Counted from the stretch's first letter, positions 12,876-26,133 are shown. The stretch is DNA of 64,000 nucleotides from Cercozoa sp. M6MM (GCA_040357565.1 JBDODJ010000050.1); one strand, 5' to 3'. The notes: a model not told the origin generated them from the letters alone. Translations and numbers: made by a program.

Positions 12876-15211
12876 TCAGACGAAAAAGACACTGCCGCTG
12901 AGCTGACTCTCGGTGTAGGACGTGTTGGTGTTGGTCTGCGTGGTGTACGTGCTGTACGTGCCCGTGTTGGTGCTGTACGCACTGGCGTAGCTCGTGCCGA
13001 CTACGTCACTGTGCGCACACGGTCCGCGCGGACGTGTCGCAGTGCCGCTGCACATGGACTTGGCCAGGTGCGACGCCAGCAGCAGCACCACGCACGACAT
13101 GGCGCCCAGTGCCACTGCAGGGGGGGGGGGGGGCCCGGGGAGGGGGGGGGGTAAAGCAGAAACTACTCAGTCCGAAGCGCTGGTAGTGCAGCGCCATCGG
13201 TTCGCCGGCCCAGACGAATTCGGTGTCTTCAAAGTCCGTCTTCTGTGCAATCTCACAACGCACATATACACAGGTAGACAGATAGGTCAATAGTAGGTCA
13301 ATAGTAGGTCAATAGTAGGTCAGTCAATATTAGGTCAATAGTAGGTATATAGTAGGTCTGTAGTAAGTCTAAAGGAGGTTAAAAGTACCAAGGCATACTT
13401 GTCCCTGAGTGCCGAGTACAGCAGTCGCAGATCGCCGTCGGAGCGTCCGTGATCACTCACGAGGTGTCGAGCATGGTCCCATTCCTCCGGATGACTGTAC
13501 ACGCAGTCTTCGCTGCAGGACACGGCCATCAGCACTGGGTGCTGCACCGTGTCGCTGTCGTTTCCGGACAGCACCGGCGCCATGCAGCAGAACGACGACA
13601 CCAGAAACGACTTGTTGCTCACCGACTTGGCTACGTTCTACATACACGTGCATATAGGTAGGTGCGTAGCTGGGCAGGTAGCTGGGTAAGTAGGTAGGTA
13701 GGTAGGTAGGTAGGTAGGTAGGTAGGTAGGTAGGTAGGTAGGTAGGTAGGTAGGTAGGTAGGTAGGTAGGTAGGTAGGTAGGTAGGTAGGTAGGTAAACA
13801 TAGCGTATCAACATCTTTATATATAAGTATATCGGTATACATTGGTATATAGGTATTGCATGGGAATATATACAGGATATATATATATAATATATATATA
13901 ATAGGATATATATATATGTATGGGTCTATAGATTCAAGTCCATAATACAACATGTATATGGGTATAAAAGGTGTATATATGTGTGTATGCAAAGTTAAAG
14001 CGATGTATGTATCTATCTGTATATAGATACCTATACAAATGAAATACAGAGGTAGGATACCCGGCTATAGTTGACACCGGCACCGTCCTGCAGGTTCACA
14101 ATGTAGCCGCCGTGTCTATCGCGCAGCTCGCGCAGTTTCGTTACCTGTACCGGAGGGTGTGGGGGGGGGGATAAATAGGAGGTAGGGAATAGGGGGGTAT
14201 AAACGCACAGTAGAGGCCAGTGACGCATCGTCCAAGCGCTCCACGGTGGCGAAATTCTCTTGCTTGGCATAGTCCCTATCAACAGGTACAAACAGACTTG
14301 TGTCGTACCAACAGACAGGACGCATAGACTAGTTAAGTGGGAGAGGCATACATAGCAAGCGAAAAGGTCCAGGCGCTCAGTGCGGCGATGCACAAAAACA
14401 ACAGCAGAAACTTGAGCGCACTCAGACTTAGTTTCCTCCTTCACACGGGGGTACAGAGGGGATAACAAAGGGTGAGAGAGGGCTTAAAGGGGTAAAGGGG
14501 TAAAGGGGTAAAGGGGTAAAGGGGTAAAGAGGGCGATAAAGAGGGGGTAACGATGTACCTGTAGCGGTACAAAGCGACCGGCGTCACCAGAAACGACGCC
14601 GCGAATAACACCGGCGCCACCGACGTCGATTCAAACACCAGCGCCGGCAGCACGCAGCCCAGCATCTGGGGAAGGGGTAAAGGAGTAAAGGAGTGGGATA
14701 AAGGGTAAAGGATAAGGGGTAAAGGGTAAAGGGTAAAGGTAGGAGGTAAAAGGCATGGGTACAATCAGCACGAGGAACTGGAGCCACAGCACGCGCATCA
14801 GAAACTGCGCAGCATCGGTCTTGTCGCGCTCCTTCTCCTCGCGGTACATGTAGACTTGTCGAGACTCCTCCTCCCTGTCCGAGCTTCTCCTGTTATTATT
14901 GGTCCTCCTGCCGCCTGTTCTTGATCGCTCTAAGGAAGCCCCCCAAAAACTATACACTCAAACGAGTCGATATCCCAACGCATCGTACCAAACTGCCTCC
15001 GAGAATCCTCGTGTGTGTAACTGTCGTACGACAGCGAGACCTCTTGTGCACTCGAAAGTGTCCCTGAACAAACACTTAAGTGAAGGAAGCACGCTGCTGC
15101 CCCATCAGCACACACAGGAAAAAAGAAAGCAAGAAGGGTCACACCGCCCTCGAGATCAAGCTCATCCACAAGCGAGTCTATTGAGATCTCGCTTTCGCGA
15201 AGCCGTGGCAT
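12876..15211 (-). CDS. Orphan multi-pass membrane protein
   Basis: Exons with hydrophobic helices (FLMRVLWLQFLVLI, APVLFAASFLVTPVAL, ALGAMSCVVLLLASHL), separated by microsatellite-expanded introns; S/T/Y-rich tail. Confidence 0.5.
13686..13795. repeat. (TAGG)n tetranucleotide microsatellite followed by (TA)-rich tract, intronic
   Basis: Perfect tandem TAGG run seen directly. Confidence 0.95.
14488..14750. repeat. (GGGGTAAA)n / (GGGTAAA)n intronic G-rich satellites
   Basis: Tandem GGGGTAAA at 14488-14530 and GGGTAAA variants at about 14670-14750. Confidence 0.85.
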
Positions 15212-15340
15212 ACACTGCCTTGAGTACTGCTGTTGTTAGCCTATCGTATGCACTACAGCAGCGGGGCTCGTGTATCAACTGGTCAGTGGTGGCTTCTCCC
15301 GGCTGCTGTAGCCACTAAAAACAGGAAAACAACGCGCTAG

Positions 15341-16950
15341 TTAGACCTGCACGAAGCGTGCGATGTGGCATGCAACGTCGCTGCATACTCCGACAGGCAG
15401 CAAAGCGACGCTAATCGCTACGGCAAGGAAAATACGATTGGTCTCTGTGTGTCGGCGAAAAATACAATAAATCGTACACATGGCGGCTTGGAGCCTTCGG
15501 CGCTCTCTCTCGCGCTGAATGAGTTCTAAAAGCGAGTCGCGACATTCAAAGTCAGGTCGTTCGATCAGAAGTGGTGCCTCTGCCCTCGGGGTGTGGTTGC
15601 TGTCAACAACTTCGATCACGACATCCTCGCGGTTCAGCACGGCAGTCAGCAGCGTGTGGTGTCCGCGCTGAAAGCGATGGCAATGAGAGATGGGAGCACA
15701 ACTTTATCTGTATTTTGGGTACCTGAGCAGCGATGGGAACGATGCCCCAATCACTAACGTCCGTATTGTCACTCAGATTGCTGGGAGGTTGCACTGGCGC
15801 CATCAGGCCGCGTGTTGCGCCTGTCACTCCCGCTTGTCTGTGGTTCAAGCAGCTTCTCGATTTGTTTCCAATTTAGTTGCAGTGCTATAGAGCGAAACGT
15901 ACTCACGATATAGTGGTGGGATCGGCCGCGAGTCCTTCCACAAATCTGCACAACAAAGCTGTTCCTATTGTTTTAGTGTCAGTGTATGTGTGTACCCAAA
16001 AGAAAGTCCAGGATGTCGGCGTTGCCTCGGTAGCAGGTGCAAAGACACACGAAGAACAACTCGTCGCGAAAGAAGGAAAAACGCCGTCCGTCATGAAGCA
16101 GTTTGCAGCACTAAACAAGGATAAGTCTGAGCTTATTAAGAAATAATGAATCAAGTACCAAATCTACCTTTTGCACACTCCGAATGTCTCCTTCAAAGGC
16201 ACGATCGACTAGCCGATGATACACGGCGAAACGAACGCGCTGCTTTCATAAACAGACTGACTGATAGCTAGGGTGTAGGAGGGTGCCAGCGTGCCCTACC
16301 TGTCCGTACGTGGGTGCAGCAAACACGAGCTACAACACTCACGATAAAAAACTATGGGACTTTAGGCAGTGTTCAGAGTTTGTAGCAGAGGCGGTACCCT
16401 GTAGGTCTGCGAGTCCACTCTAACTAAAGGCGTCAGAGCGTGGGTGCGACTCAAGACTCGTGTGCGCCATCTGCACCAACGTAGTCTCAGTCTCAAGAAT
16501 TTGTACTCTAAAGCACCGAGACTCCGCTGCTCGACATTGACGTTGTTCCCACGGTGGCGCCGCATGTGAAACAGCCATGCGAACAAAATGCGCTAGGGAT
16601 CAGAAACGAAGCATGTAGCGAGTGAGTGAACTGATACAGTAAGTGACTTAACTTACCGGGAAATTAGGCACATCGTCTCGTTGCATCGCAGACGGCCTCA
16701 GCGAAGAACGCGCTTCGCTGTGCCTCGTTTGGGGTGACACACGACGCGTTTATATCTCAGCTTGCCATCTTTGACCCAGTTTACATCCTTGTCCGTGCCT
16801 GCAACTAACTGAATAGTCAGTCTAGAGGTCCCATTCGGACTTTGCTGAGGTTTAATGAATATCGAATGACTTTGGCGGTCTGAGTGAAGATTAACTGTGA
16901 TGAGGCCGGGCGCTACGTGATGAGGCCGGGCGCGCGTCATTGTTATCACG
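15341..16950 (-). CDS. Divergent ankyrin-repeat-like protein; 5' end uncertain
   Basis: Spliced exons give LVDRAFEGDIRSVQKCCKLL, VCLCTCYRGNADILDFLL and IVPIAAQRGHHTLLTAVL (ankyrin-like). C-terminus is LLPVGVCSDVACHIARFVQV*. Confidence 0.45.
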
Positions 16951-18101
16951 CCAGTACGCTACTAAGTTCAGTTTACGCGCGGACGCTCCGATACAGTACG
17001 TACGTAGGTAGCAAGTATGCGGCATAGATACGTGTTACTGTCAACATCAAACAACCTACTCGGCCGACTACTTGCTCCGCGAGGAAGCAACTATCAGTAT
17101 GCCAACTAAGAATTGAAGTGTTTAGTTATGGTTGAGAGCTGGTAGCCTAACAATTTAGTGTTGCCTAGCTTGGCATACCCTGTGTTTGGTAGAGTGGCGA
17201 GCAGCTCGAAACTGTGCAAGAATTGAAACAGCCCTCTTTCCAGATACCAGGTACCTCAAAGGATACCGTGCTTGTTGACACCAAAGCAACTGACTTGCTC
17301 TACCTTGAGCAGGCAAGAGGGTTTTCTTTTGTTTGTCTTCGAACAAACCTCTCAACACTCTCAACTGTAACGACGGCCCTACCTGCCTTGGGCTAACCTT
17401 CTCTCTTCTGATATCTTTCGGTTTATTGAGACGTCTAACTAACACTGATGTTACTGCACATTTTCAGTAGTCATTGCTCGACCCGTCCGCGTGGAGGTCA
17501 TAATCTATGCCTCAACAAGTTTGAGATAAGGAAGAAGTTTAAGAGTGTTTTGGCTTGGTACCTTGCTCTGAGACCTAACTACTGACTCAGTGGATTGCTG
17601 TTGCTGTAGATCTTGCCTGGACAGAGTCCTTGCAGAGAAGCAGAAAGCTCCGTCACGGCTTCAGCCTGGTCAGTTAGCTCATTGGCTGGTTTCCATTCCA
17701 CTCACTTCGTCGTGTGTTCACAGGCGGAGTTTTTTTCTTTCATAAACGCATTGTTACGACCAAGGACGTCTTCCTTCGGTCGAGATCCAGTGGGATCACT
17801 ACGAGACCCAGTAGGGGTATTTCACCTACAGTTCTAACGTTGACTCAACTGAGTGACGACTTATCTAATTGAATGATTTATTTAGTCTCTCCTTTCCCTT
17901 ACTGATTGGGCCATTGAGCCGCAGTAACACTGAATTAAACGGCCTTACATTCTTACTTTTCTTTGGTCGTTGCCTTCACTAAAATTGACGATCTCACATC
18001 GCATCAACATACGATACGTACAAACAAAAGTTGCGGTGATTATATAAATTTAAACCAACACCGGCAACGCACAAATGAAAGCACCGTGAAGCAATCACGG
18101 T

Positions 18102-18940
18102 CTAGTCGCCATCAGCGAATCGCTGCCCGGTGACTGGACAGACCGACTTGCCCTTGTTCATGCAGAGGTAGTGGCAGATCACGCTGCCCACGAAAGACAA
18201 ATACTGATGTGTGATACTAAAAGGCACTCAAGTACCCATTGGGGAAGAAAGCAAACGCTGCTCGGCCAATGCGTTTCTCGCACACTCTACGAGACGCCAC
18301 ACTCAAAGTAAAAAACAAAATCCTTGACAAAGCTGGACATACCTGCATCGCGTGTACTCGTCGACTCGCACCCTGGGTGCCTGAGCCTGGTGCAGCAACG
18401 TTTTCGTGCGGAAGCAGTCGGCACTGGCGAGGCGGCGCGCCACCTTTTTCCAAACAGTAAAAAGCAAAGGCAATGCTACCAAAGTGAGAAACTAAAGCAC
18501 CTGCAAACGACGTCGTTTCGCCTCATCGACGGCCAACTTTTTCGACAGAAGTTCTCGCAGTTGGCAAATTGGCGCACCCTCCGGCAGAAGCTGTGAGTGT
18601 GTTTCAATTTCAGCCAGTTCCATTCTTTGACAGAAGTATGAGAGAACAAACCTCCAAAGCATGCACAAGATCGACACGTTCCAGCATCTCGGTGCACACG
18701 TCCACCACTGCTCGCAAAAAGAGTCAAAGCGAAAGTAGCAAAAACGAAAAACACGTACCGACAGACACGGCGTTGTGAATCTGCTGCGTTGTCACCTGCG
18801 TCGTGTAGTCCTGGTAGTGAATATCAATCGTGACACGCGACGGCAGCAGCAGCGCCTCCAGTAGCGCCGAATAGACACCGCGGCCTTCTCGAAGCTGCTC
18901 CAGTTGCTCGCCCTCACTTCATACACACAGCAGTTTTATA

Positions 18941-18976
<36 letters not shown>

Positions 18977-21900
18977 ACACGTTAATGTATAGAGCTAACA
19001 AGAAAGGCACCCACTGGCGCCACGCGACATGATGCGCCGCCATTCCGTGTCGGCGTGCAACTCGGCTGCCGCCACATCTGCACACGATACACGAATTAAA
19101 CTGGCACAAAATAAAAAGCTGAAAGCACAGGGTACCACGTGCATCGTGCAACAGCAGAACGAATGCGTCCTTGTGTCGGCTCATTCGAGAGAACAACACC
19201 TGCACCAGCCAGATATAAAGTGTGAATTAATTAAAAATGAACAACAACGCGAAATGGTACGGCTTTCTCAGCCGCAAAGTTCTTCAACAGCTCGCGGAAC
19301 TGGAGTTCCTGAGACACCAAAACACAAACCGACAATGTGGAACAAACCTCAACAGAGGAAAGTTACAGCCTTCTGATCGATTTCAGACAGGTGCTCCTTT
19401 GGCTTCTGCTCGAAAGCACAAAATATTCAAGTCACTCGATACAGACGCACTTGCACTCAGGCACAAATTTACATAACTTTCGTTGGCGATGGCGTCGCCA
19501 AGTCCGAGAATAAGTTGCAAGGCTTTGTGCACATCGTATCTGCAGACATGCTGGAGTTTCGAAGGAAAGGATGCCGAATAAAAGACAGAGAATACTGTGC
19601 AGCAGTCTTGGACAGCGTCGATCGCAGTCGGTGCTTGTGTTGCACGCGATGCTCGATTGGTTTGCTCTTCTGCAACACAACCATGCGTATACACAATGCA
19701 AAAAAAAAACAGATGGCAAAACAAACATCGCCAATGATGCGAACGTAGGTTCCGATCAGCGAGTTGCGCAACTGCTTGTTGTCTTCTTGGCTGCAGCAAC
19801 AGCAGTGTTTCTAACTTAAAACGGCACAAGGAGCAACATACCCAGGAACCTCGAGTTGCGTTTCCAAAAAGTCAACGACAGTTTTGAGCGGCGCGTGTCG
19901 CTGCAGGTGCGTCAGAACACGCTCCAGTGGAATTCGCATCGGCACGCGGTCCTCACCGCAAGTGCCATCGAGAAGCACATCGTCGGCAATGTAAGCCAGA
20001 GGCGAATTCGGCGCTGCAATACCAAATTAAAAAAAAATTGAGTTTTTAAAGAATCCAAAAGCACGCAAGTGCAGGCGACTGCCGTTGAACAGCGACAGCG
20101 CAGTATCGGCAAAACCGTCGCGAAGCAACCACTCGCTCTTGCGAAGCACCAGTTCGTGGTACCTGAAACAGCAGACTTAAGTCTAGAAAGCAAGAGGAGT
20201 GCCGTACGAAGACTCACTCAGGTGTGTCGCACTGCGCCAGCGCTTGCAGGTACACGACGGAAGCTGTTGCGTCCTGCAAAGCATCGACCAAGCAAGATTG
20301 CTCGCCTGTGGCCAACTTGCGCAGCAGGTCGAGTGCGTTCTCGTGCCGTCCTTGCGCCTTGCACAGCAGCACACTGCACTCTCAACGCAGACACAAAATT
20401 AAAACGAGCCCAAGTAGGCAAACAAAGTTGTTCGCATTGCAAACACGATTGTTAACTTTGCAAACGCGACTGTTAACATTGCAAACAGGATTGCTCACAT
20501 GTTGTTCACACTGCAAACAAGATTGCTAACGCTTGAGCAGACAGAAAATGCTCACCGGTGGAGTTGATGTGCGTCGCTGCGACTCAGCAGAGCATCGCCA
20601 AAGGCCGGATCCACCAGCACTCGCGATGTCTGTTTCGAGTCTGATCAGAAAGAAAAATGAATCGACGTGAGTGCATGGGGTATCTGGATCAGTTACCACG
20701 ATGCACAGGCACATTGCCGAGCCAGTCTCTGAAAGACAAGACATAAGTCAGCGAGCACGTCCGCGCGGATGCCAGAAGATACAACAACATACACAAAAAA
20801 TAAACATTAATCATACCGAATGCCGCGCAAATCTTGCACTTGGCACATAGCAAACAAACGCGCACTGTGGATGAGAACACTGTCCCTGCATGCCAACACA
20901 GAAAAGGAATAAAACACCCAATCAGTTGCAAAATGAGAGCGTAGATTTACTGAGCAGATTTCAGGTGCTTGAGCAAAGCGCGACAGAAATCATTTCGCAG
21001 TGTTTCTTGCTGCAAAGGCGACACGTGGTACACATGTCTGCACATCAACACACCACTCAATTTGGCAGCTTTTGAAAACTGGCAAAAGCTATGGTCGAAA
21101 GCTTTAAATTGGATGCTTTGACTGAAACAGCTTTGGCTGGAACAGCTTTGACAGAAAAACGAAGTTACGCACTGACGCCGTCGAAATCAGGAGCAGGCGG
21201 CGCAGCATCGCGCAGACGCTGAGGCACGCAGTCGGGCAGAAGAGCACTCAGCACGTAGCGCAACGTGAGCGGTGATTTGTTTCTACACAAATGTTGCAAT
21301 AGAACTGAACTGTATAAACCTCATCGAACGAAAGAAAGAGGGAGAAAGGGAGGGAGTACGGTTGGCACAAGGCGAGTGCTTCATCGAAACGGTGCAGTTT
21401 GAGCAGCTCGATGAGTTTGAGTGCACCCAAGTGTAGCAGCAGCATTGAATCGACCGACCTGTATTGAGCAAAGGGTAGTTTCGTTACTTAGTCTCCTTGG
21501 TTTCGTTGCACAGCAAGGTGACAAAGCAAGGTGAGAAGGCAAGGTGTACTGATCCTTCGCGCGAGCAGCAGCGTCGTAGAGATCGAGGGCACAGCGCACA
21601 CAAGGCAGGTCGCGTCGCGCCGGCGGAATACTGGCCAGTTGGAGAATCTGCGAGCGCAGCGAACGCGGCGTGAGTGCCCACACACTCGTGTCCGAGTGCA
21701 GTAGCACCATGCCGGGTGCGTTCTCACCTGGAGGTTTCACACTCTCGAGTTTCGTGACGATACCAGAGTTTAAAACGGTACCGTAGAACATGCGATTGGC
21801 GTTGGCAGATAGCGACACGTTGTGTGATAAGGCTTGGCCCTTGGTATGAAAAGATAGAGTGCAACTGGTCAAGTTAGTTACGTAAGAACTGCATGGGTAC

Positions 21901-23498
21901 CAGATCGATACGTTGCAGCACAACACTGGTGTCCTCGTGCTTCAGCACAACTTCGACGCAGCTGTTTTTGTGACTGCTTCTGGACCTGTACACAGCACAC
22001 AGGTGACCGAGAGTCAAGCAGATGTGGAGTCCACGCGGAAGTGTGCGTTACCGCGAGGGCTGGTAGTCGCCGCTGACGCCGACGCCGAGCACGAAGGGAA
22101 AGGCCGAGGCGACGGCCACGACCTCGCTCGTGAAGGCGACGGTTTTCTCCTCGGACGCGTTGGGTGACACCACGTGTCCTGCAGACAGGCTTGTTCGACA
22201 GTTGTCGTTTAGGTAGTAGGGTAGGTAGTGGGATAGGTAGTAGAGTAGGTGGTAGAGTAGGTAGTAGGGTAGGTGGTAGGGTAGGTAGTAGGGTAGGTGG
22301 TAGGGTAGTAGGCGGTATACCCAAGGCACACTGCGCGGATGAGTCGTGCATCAGGAGGATCTGACCGCCTGGCAGTGCGCACATCGGCGGCTGTCGCCAT
22401 GTCTTCTTCGGAGGCTGGGGAGGGGGAATAAGATGGGTGGGGGGGGATGGGGGGTAAATACGGCGAAATGCGCAGTGGCGTGCCCCGTCGACATGTCGAC
22501 GAGATTGTATTCGCGTTGATACGCCACGCACAGTGAACTACACGAACAAACTGGTCCATATCCAGTCCATGTCCAGTCTGTACCTGTACAAATGGACACA
22601 ATTTGGACATAAATTGTACCGACTCGAAAAACACAATCCGCGCGGTTTCTCTGGCTGCATTTGCTCCGAGTTCTCCAGTTCCTTTGGGAGGGTAACAGGG
22701 GGGTAAACAGGGGGGTAAACAGGGGGGTAAACAGGGGGGAAAAGGGGCAAAGAGGGGCCAGAGGTAAAGAGGGGGTAGAGAGGGGGGTAAAGAGGGGGGT
22801 AGAGAGGGGGTAAAGCCTACAACAGCAGCCTGCATGTCCTCCTTCCACGAGAACATGTTGACACGCCGCTTGTGCGCCACGCAGATCAGCAGGGTGCCCT
22901 TCCTGGGGAGGGGGTAAGATGGGGGGTAAGATGGGGGTAAGGTGGGGGTAAGATGGGTGAGGTGAAGGGTGAAGGGACGAGGGTAAAGGGCAGGCACCGA
23001 TAGGACATGGTGCTGAAGAGGTGCGCGTCCTTGGTGCGGCCGATCTGACACACGAGCTCGAGCGACGGCAGCTGGTGCACGCGCACGAAGGTGTTGCGGT
23101 CGCTGCGACTGTCGGCCAGCGTGAAGAGCAGGTCAGCACCCTCGACTGCCTCGACGTGCAGCATCTGCTTGTGGAACATGTTGCGATTCTCGGCCAGCAC
23201 ACGGCCCTGCTTGCTCAGCATGCGCACGCAGCCTACACATCACTACCGATCCATCACTGATCCATACAACGATCACATCGACTCCCCCTGAAGCAATCAA
23301 ACCGTCCGAAAACGCTATCACGGCATTCTCCTTCCACACCGTGGCACACAACACCTTGCCCCAGCCAGCTGCACACACAACGTATGACACATACTAGTGT
23401 TGCATACCAGTGCTACTCATTGACTTACGGTGTGTGTCCTTGTCCAACAACGTGTGCGTTGTGAACACTTCGTGCCGCAGCAGATGCCGCGTGCTCAT
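18102..23498 (-). CDS. VPS39: Vps39/Vps3 (TGFBRAP1) family HOPS/CORVET subunit: CNH domain, helical region, C-terminal Vps39_2 Zn-finger
   Basis: N-terminal CNH-like exons (VRVHQLPSLE, LICVAHKRRV, ALPGGQILLM) and C-terminal VCEKRIGRAAFAFFPNGVICHYLC...CPVTGQRF*. Confidence 0.8.
20425..20530. repeat. ~21-bp intronic minisatellite (TTGCAAAC..GATTGTTAAC-like)
   Basis: About four to five degenerate tandem copies seen directly. Confidence 0.75.
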
Positions 23499-23829
23499 CT
23501 TTCTCTCGAGCTGTCTCTTTCGCACACACTGAAGTCAATTCACAGAGGAAAAATGCAAGCCACAGCAGATCATTTCGCACATCAGAAACCAGCATGCATT
23601 AAACGCACCCTAGTTCTGCGTCTGCGCAACAAGAAACAACCGGCACACTGGCACACCAGTCGGGCGCCTCAAAGGGAGAGCGGAACGACGAGTTCAAATT
23701 GAAATGTTCATTTCGACGGTCCGTCTGGACATGAATAGCCATAGAACATTTTGGACCCTTGCGCCGTGAAGTCCCATAAAGCGTCGCGAGTCCTCTCGGC
23801 CCGTGTAGTTGTTACGACCGTTCTTTGAG

Positions 23830-24972
23830 ATGTCGCAGGTGAGTTGTCACTTTGTGTTTTCTCTTGTGTCGTTTTGCCGGGAGTGGCTGCTAGCCCAGTG
23901 CTCGCGCAACGTGGGCTGGGTGTCTGCACGGCGCGGCACAGGCTGTGTGTGTGCGCTTGGCGTGGATAGTTTCGTTTGCTAGAGTCTGTGTTTTTTTCTG
24001 TTGTGTGAGTTTTTTCGTGATTGTTGTTTGGGAAGTTCGATTGTTTCGCAACGTCAGTTGCGGTATGCTTGTGGCCGGTGCAGTGCAGTAAAAAATTGTG
24101 AACAGGAACAGCCCCGTATCCCGCCGAACGCGCACCACTTCAAGGTCGTCCTGGTATGTTGTTGCTTTGTCAAATAGATGGTAGGTTGGTCGGTGGTATC
24201 TGAGGTCTATGTGTCGTGTGTGCTGGACAGGTCGGCGACGGTGGTGTCGGCAAGACGACGTTCATCAAGCGTCACCGTACGGGCGAGTTCGAGCGCAAGT
24301 ACCTGGCGACGATCGGCTGCGAGGTGCGTCAGCTGCCGTTCTGGACGAGCCTGGGCCCGGTGGTGTTCAACACCTGGGACACGGCCGGCCAGGAGAAGTT
24401 CGGCGGTCTGCGCGACGGCTACTACATCAACGGCAACGCCGCCATCATCATGTTCGACGTGACGTCGCGACAGACGTACAAGAACGTGCCGACGTGGCAC
24501 CGTGACCTCTCGCGCGTCTGCCCGGACATCCCGATTGTGCTGTGCGGCAACAAGGTCGACATCAAGAACCGCGTCGTCAAGCCCAAGAACATCACGTTCC
24601 ACCGCAAGAAGCCCAACATCCAGTACTACGATATCTCGGCCAAGTCGAACTACGGTAACCTCTTATTCTATACTCTTATTCTATACTCTTATTCTATACT
24701 CTTATATATGCATATGTATTATATATGTATACTATATCGATTAGAGATACATTATGTATACGGGTATGTGTGAAGGTTTCGACAAGCCGTTCCGCTGGAT
24801 CCTGCGCAAGCTGTCGGGCAACGACGACGCGCACTTCGTGCAGGAGCCGGTGCTGCTGGACCCGACGGCCACGGTCGACATGCAGCAGCAGCAGCAGGTC
24901 GAGGCCGAGATGCGACAGCGCGACGAGGCCGCCAAGAACCTGCCGCTCCAGGAGGACAACGAGGACTGGTAG
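23830..24972 (+). CDS. RAN: GTP-binding nuclear protein Ran (3 introns)
   Basis: [49 protein letters not shown] and acidic tail; strong GC3 bias. Confidence 0.97.
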
Positions 24973-25616
24973 ATCTCGTGCAGACTCCCGCCTGTCTCTG
25001 TGAGACTCGACTCGACTCACTCCTCGAGTTGGCCACTCTGCGCACTCATGCGAATTCGCTTTTGTTCAACTTGAGACATCCGATCGGCTTAGTTTCTCAC
25101 CTTCTTTCATTTAAATCCACTCGCACACTGCAAGAAAACCTACTTAGGCCAAATTTTTGTGATTTCCGCGCTGGCCTTGAGCGCGAAAATGCGAATGGCA
25201 TGGATCAGAAAAAGAGCCTGAGGTGCTTGGTCAGCACAATACTTGGTTCACCAAAACAGTGAACACCAAGAGCGCCGAGCAGTTCACTTGATGAGTGAAA
25301 TGGGGCTACGATTCCTTTCTGGGAATAGCCGAGGGCTTGATATGCAGCCATTATGTAATGCAGCGCGGCTGTTGCGTCCTTCAAAGACAAAGAAACTGTA
25401 CAATGAATAATTTGTTATCGATTTCATAAGAAAAAACAACAAAACGAAAAATGAGCGCCGGTTCGCTCCGCCGATTTCAAAAGAAGATCACACTCTTTCT
25501 TTTACCCGACGTGCACTGTTGGTGGGTTCACTAGTGTGCTTATGTGGCATCGCGTGTGTCTGGCTGCACTATTCGCTGCTTGTGCAATTTATTTTTTGCT
25601 TTTGTGCGCAGCCAAC

Positions 25617-25694
25617 ATGCGCGCCAAGTGGAAGAAGAAGCGTATGCGCCGTCTGAAGCGCAAGCGCAGATTGCGCCGCGCTCGTTCGGGCTAG
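25617..25694 (+). CDS. RPL41: 60S ribosomal protein L41 (eL41), copy 1
   Basis: MRAKWKKKRMRRLKRKRRLRRARSG*, 25 aa and below the ORF-track cutoff. Confidence 0.95.
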   Translation: MRAKWKKKRMRRLKRKRRLRRARSG

Positions 25695-25770
25695 ATGTGA
25701 GGTGCTCGGATGCGCCGAGCTGGCGGGAGAGGGTGCGATTAACTTATCTGATTTTTGATTTTTTGTTTTT

Positions 25771-25849
25771 TGTTGCTGTGATGACAACCTTCAGTTCTGC
25801 TTCTGAGAAAAACTCATGAAGATATATTACCAGTACTGTCTGAGTGACA
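25771..25849 (+). ncRNA. C/D box snoRNA, SNORD38/snR61-like, in RPL41 3'-UTR intron, copy 1
   Basis: C box GTGATGA 25778-84, D' CTGA 25803-06, C' ATGAAGA, D CTGA 25840-43, terminal stem TGTTGC/GTGACA. The D' guide CAGTTCTGCTT is antisense to conserved LSU rRNA AAGCAGAACUG. Confidence 0.88.
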
Positions 25850-26133
25850 TATTCGCGTGTGCAAGCACTGCATTTGTGCATGTTTCGCTCGTGATTACCT
25901 ACTTTTGTGCTTCCTCAGAGGCGAATCCGCGCCGATTGCCTTCGTTTCTCGTCGCTTTCGTTTGGCGTGCCTAAGTGTCGTTCGCGTCTAGTTTGTTGAA
26001 ACCGTTACAGTAATTCCTAAGCGGTGTCCGTTACATTGGCTCGTTGTGTGATGCACCGAATGCGGAGGGTCGCTTCGTTCATGTTTTCCTACATTTCGCG
26101 TTGTTGCTAGTGCACACAAATACGGGCATGGTG

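Noticed and set aside
14488-14530. (GGGGTAAA)n as interstitial telomeric repeat
   Set aside because: The G-rich strand reads GGGGTAAA rather than a T-rich TTAGGG/TTTAGGG type, and the units are heterogeneous and intronic.
16897-16935. Hammerhead ribozyme or snoRNA from repeated GTGATGAGGCCGGGCGC
   Set aside because: Lacks the CTGATGA core with a paired GAAA and a convincing C/D layout; looks like a simple 20-nt tandem duplication.
17155-17445. Decayed LINE C-terminus (ILAQFRAARH)
   Set aside because: No RT or endonuclease motifs, poly(A) tail or TSD; the resemblance is too short.
20425-20530. CRISPR-like array
   Set aside because: Degenerate head-to-tail units without unique spacers, inside a eukaryotic intron, and no cas genes.
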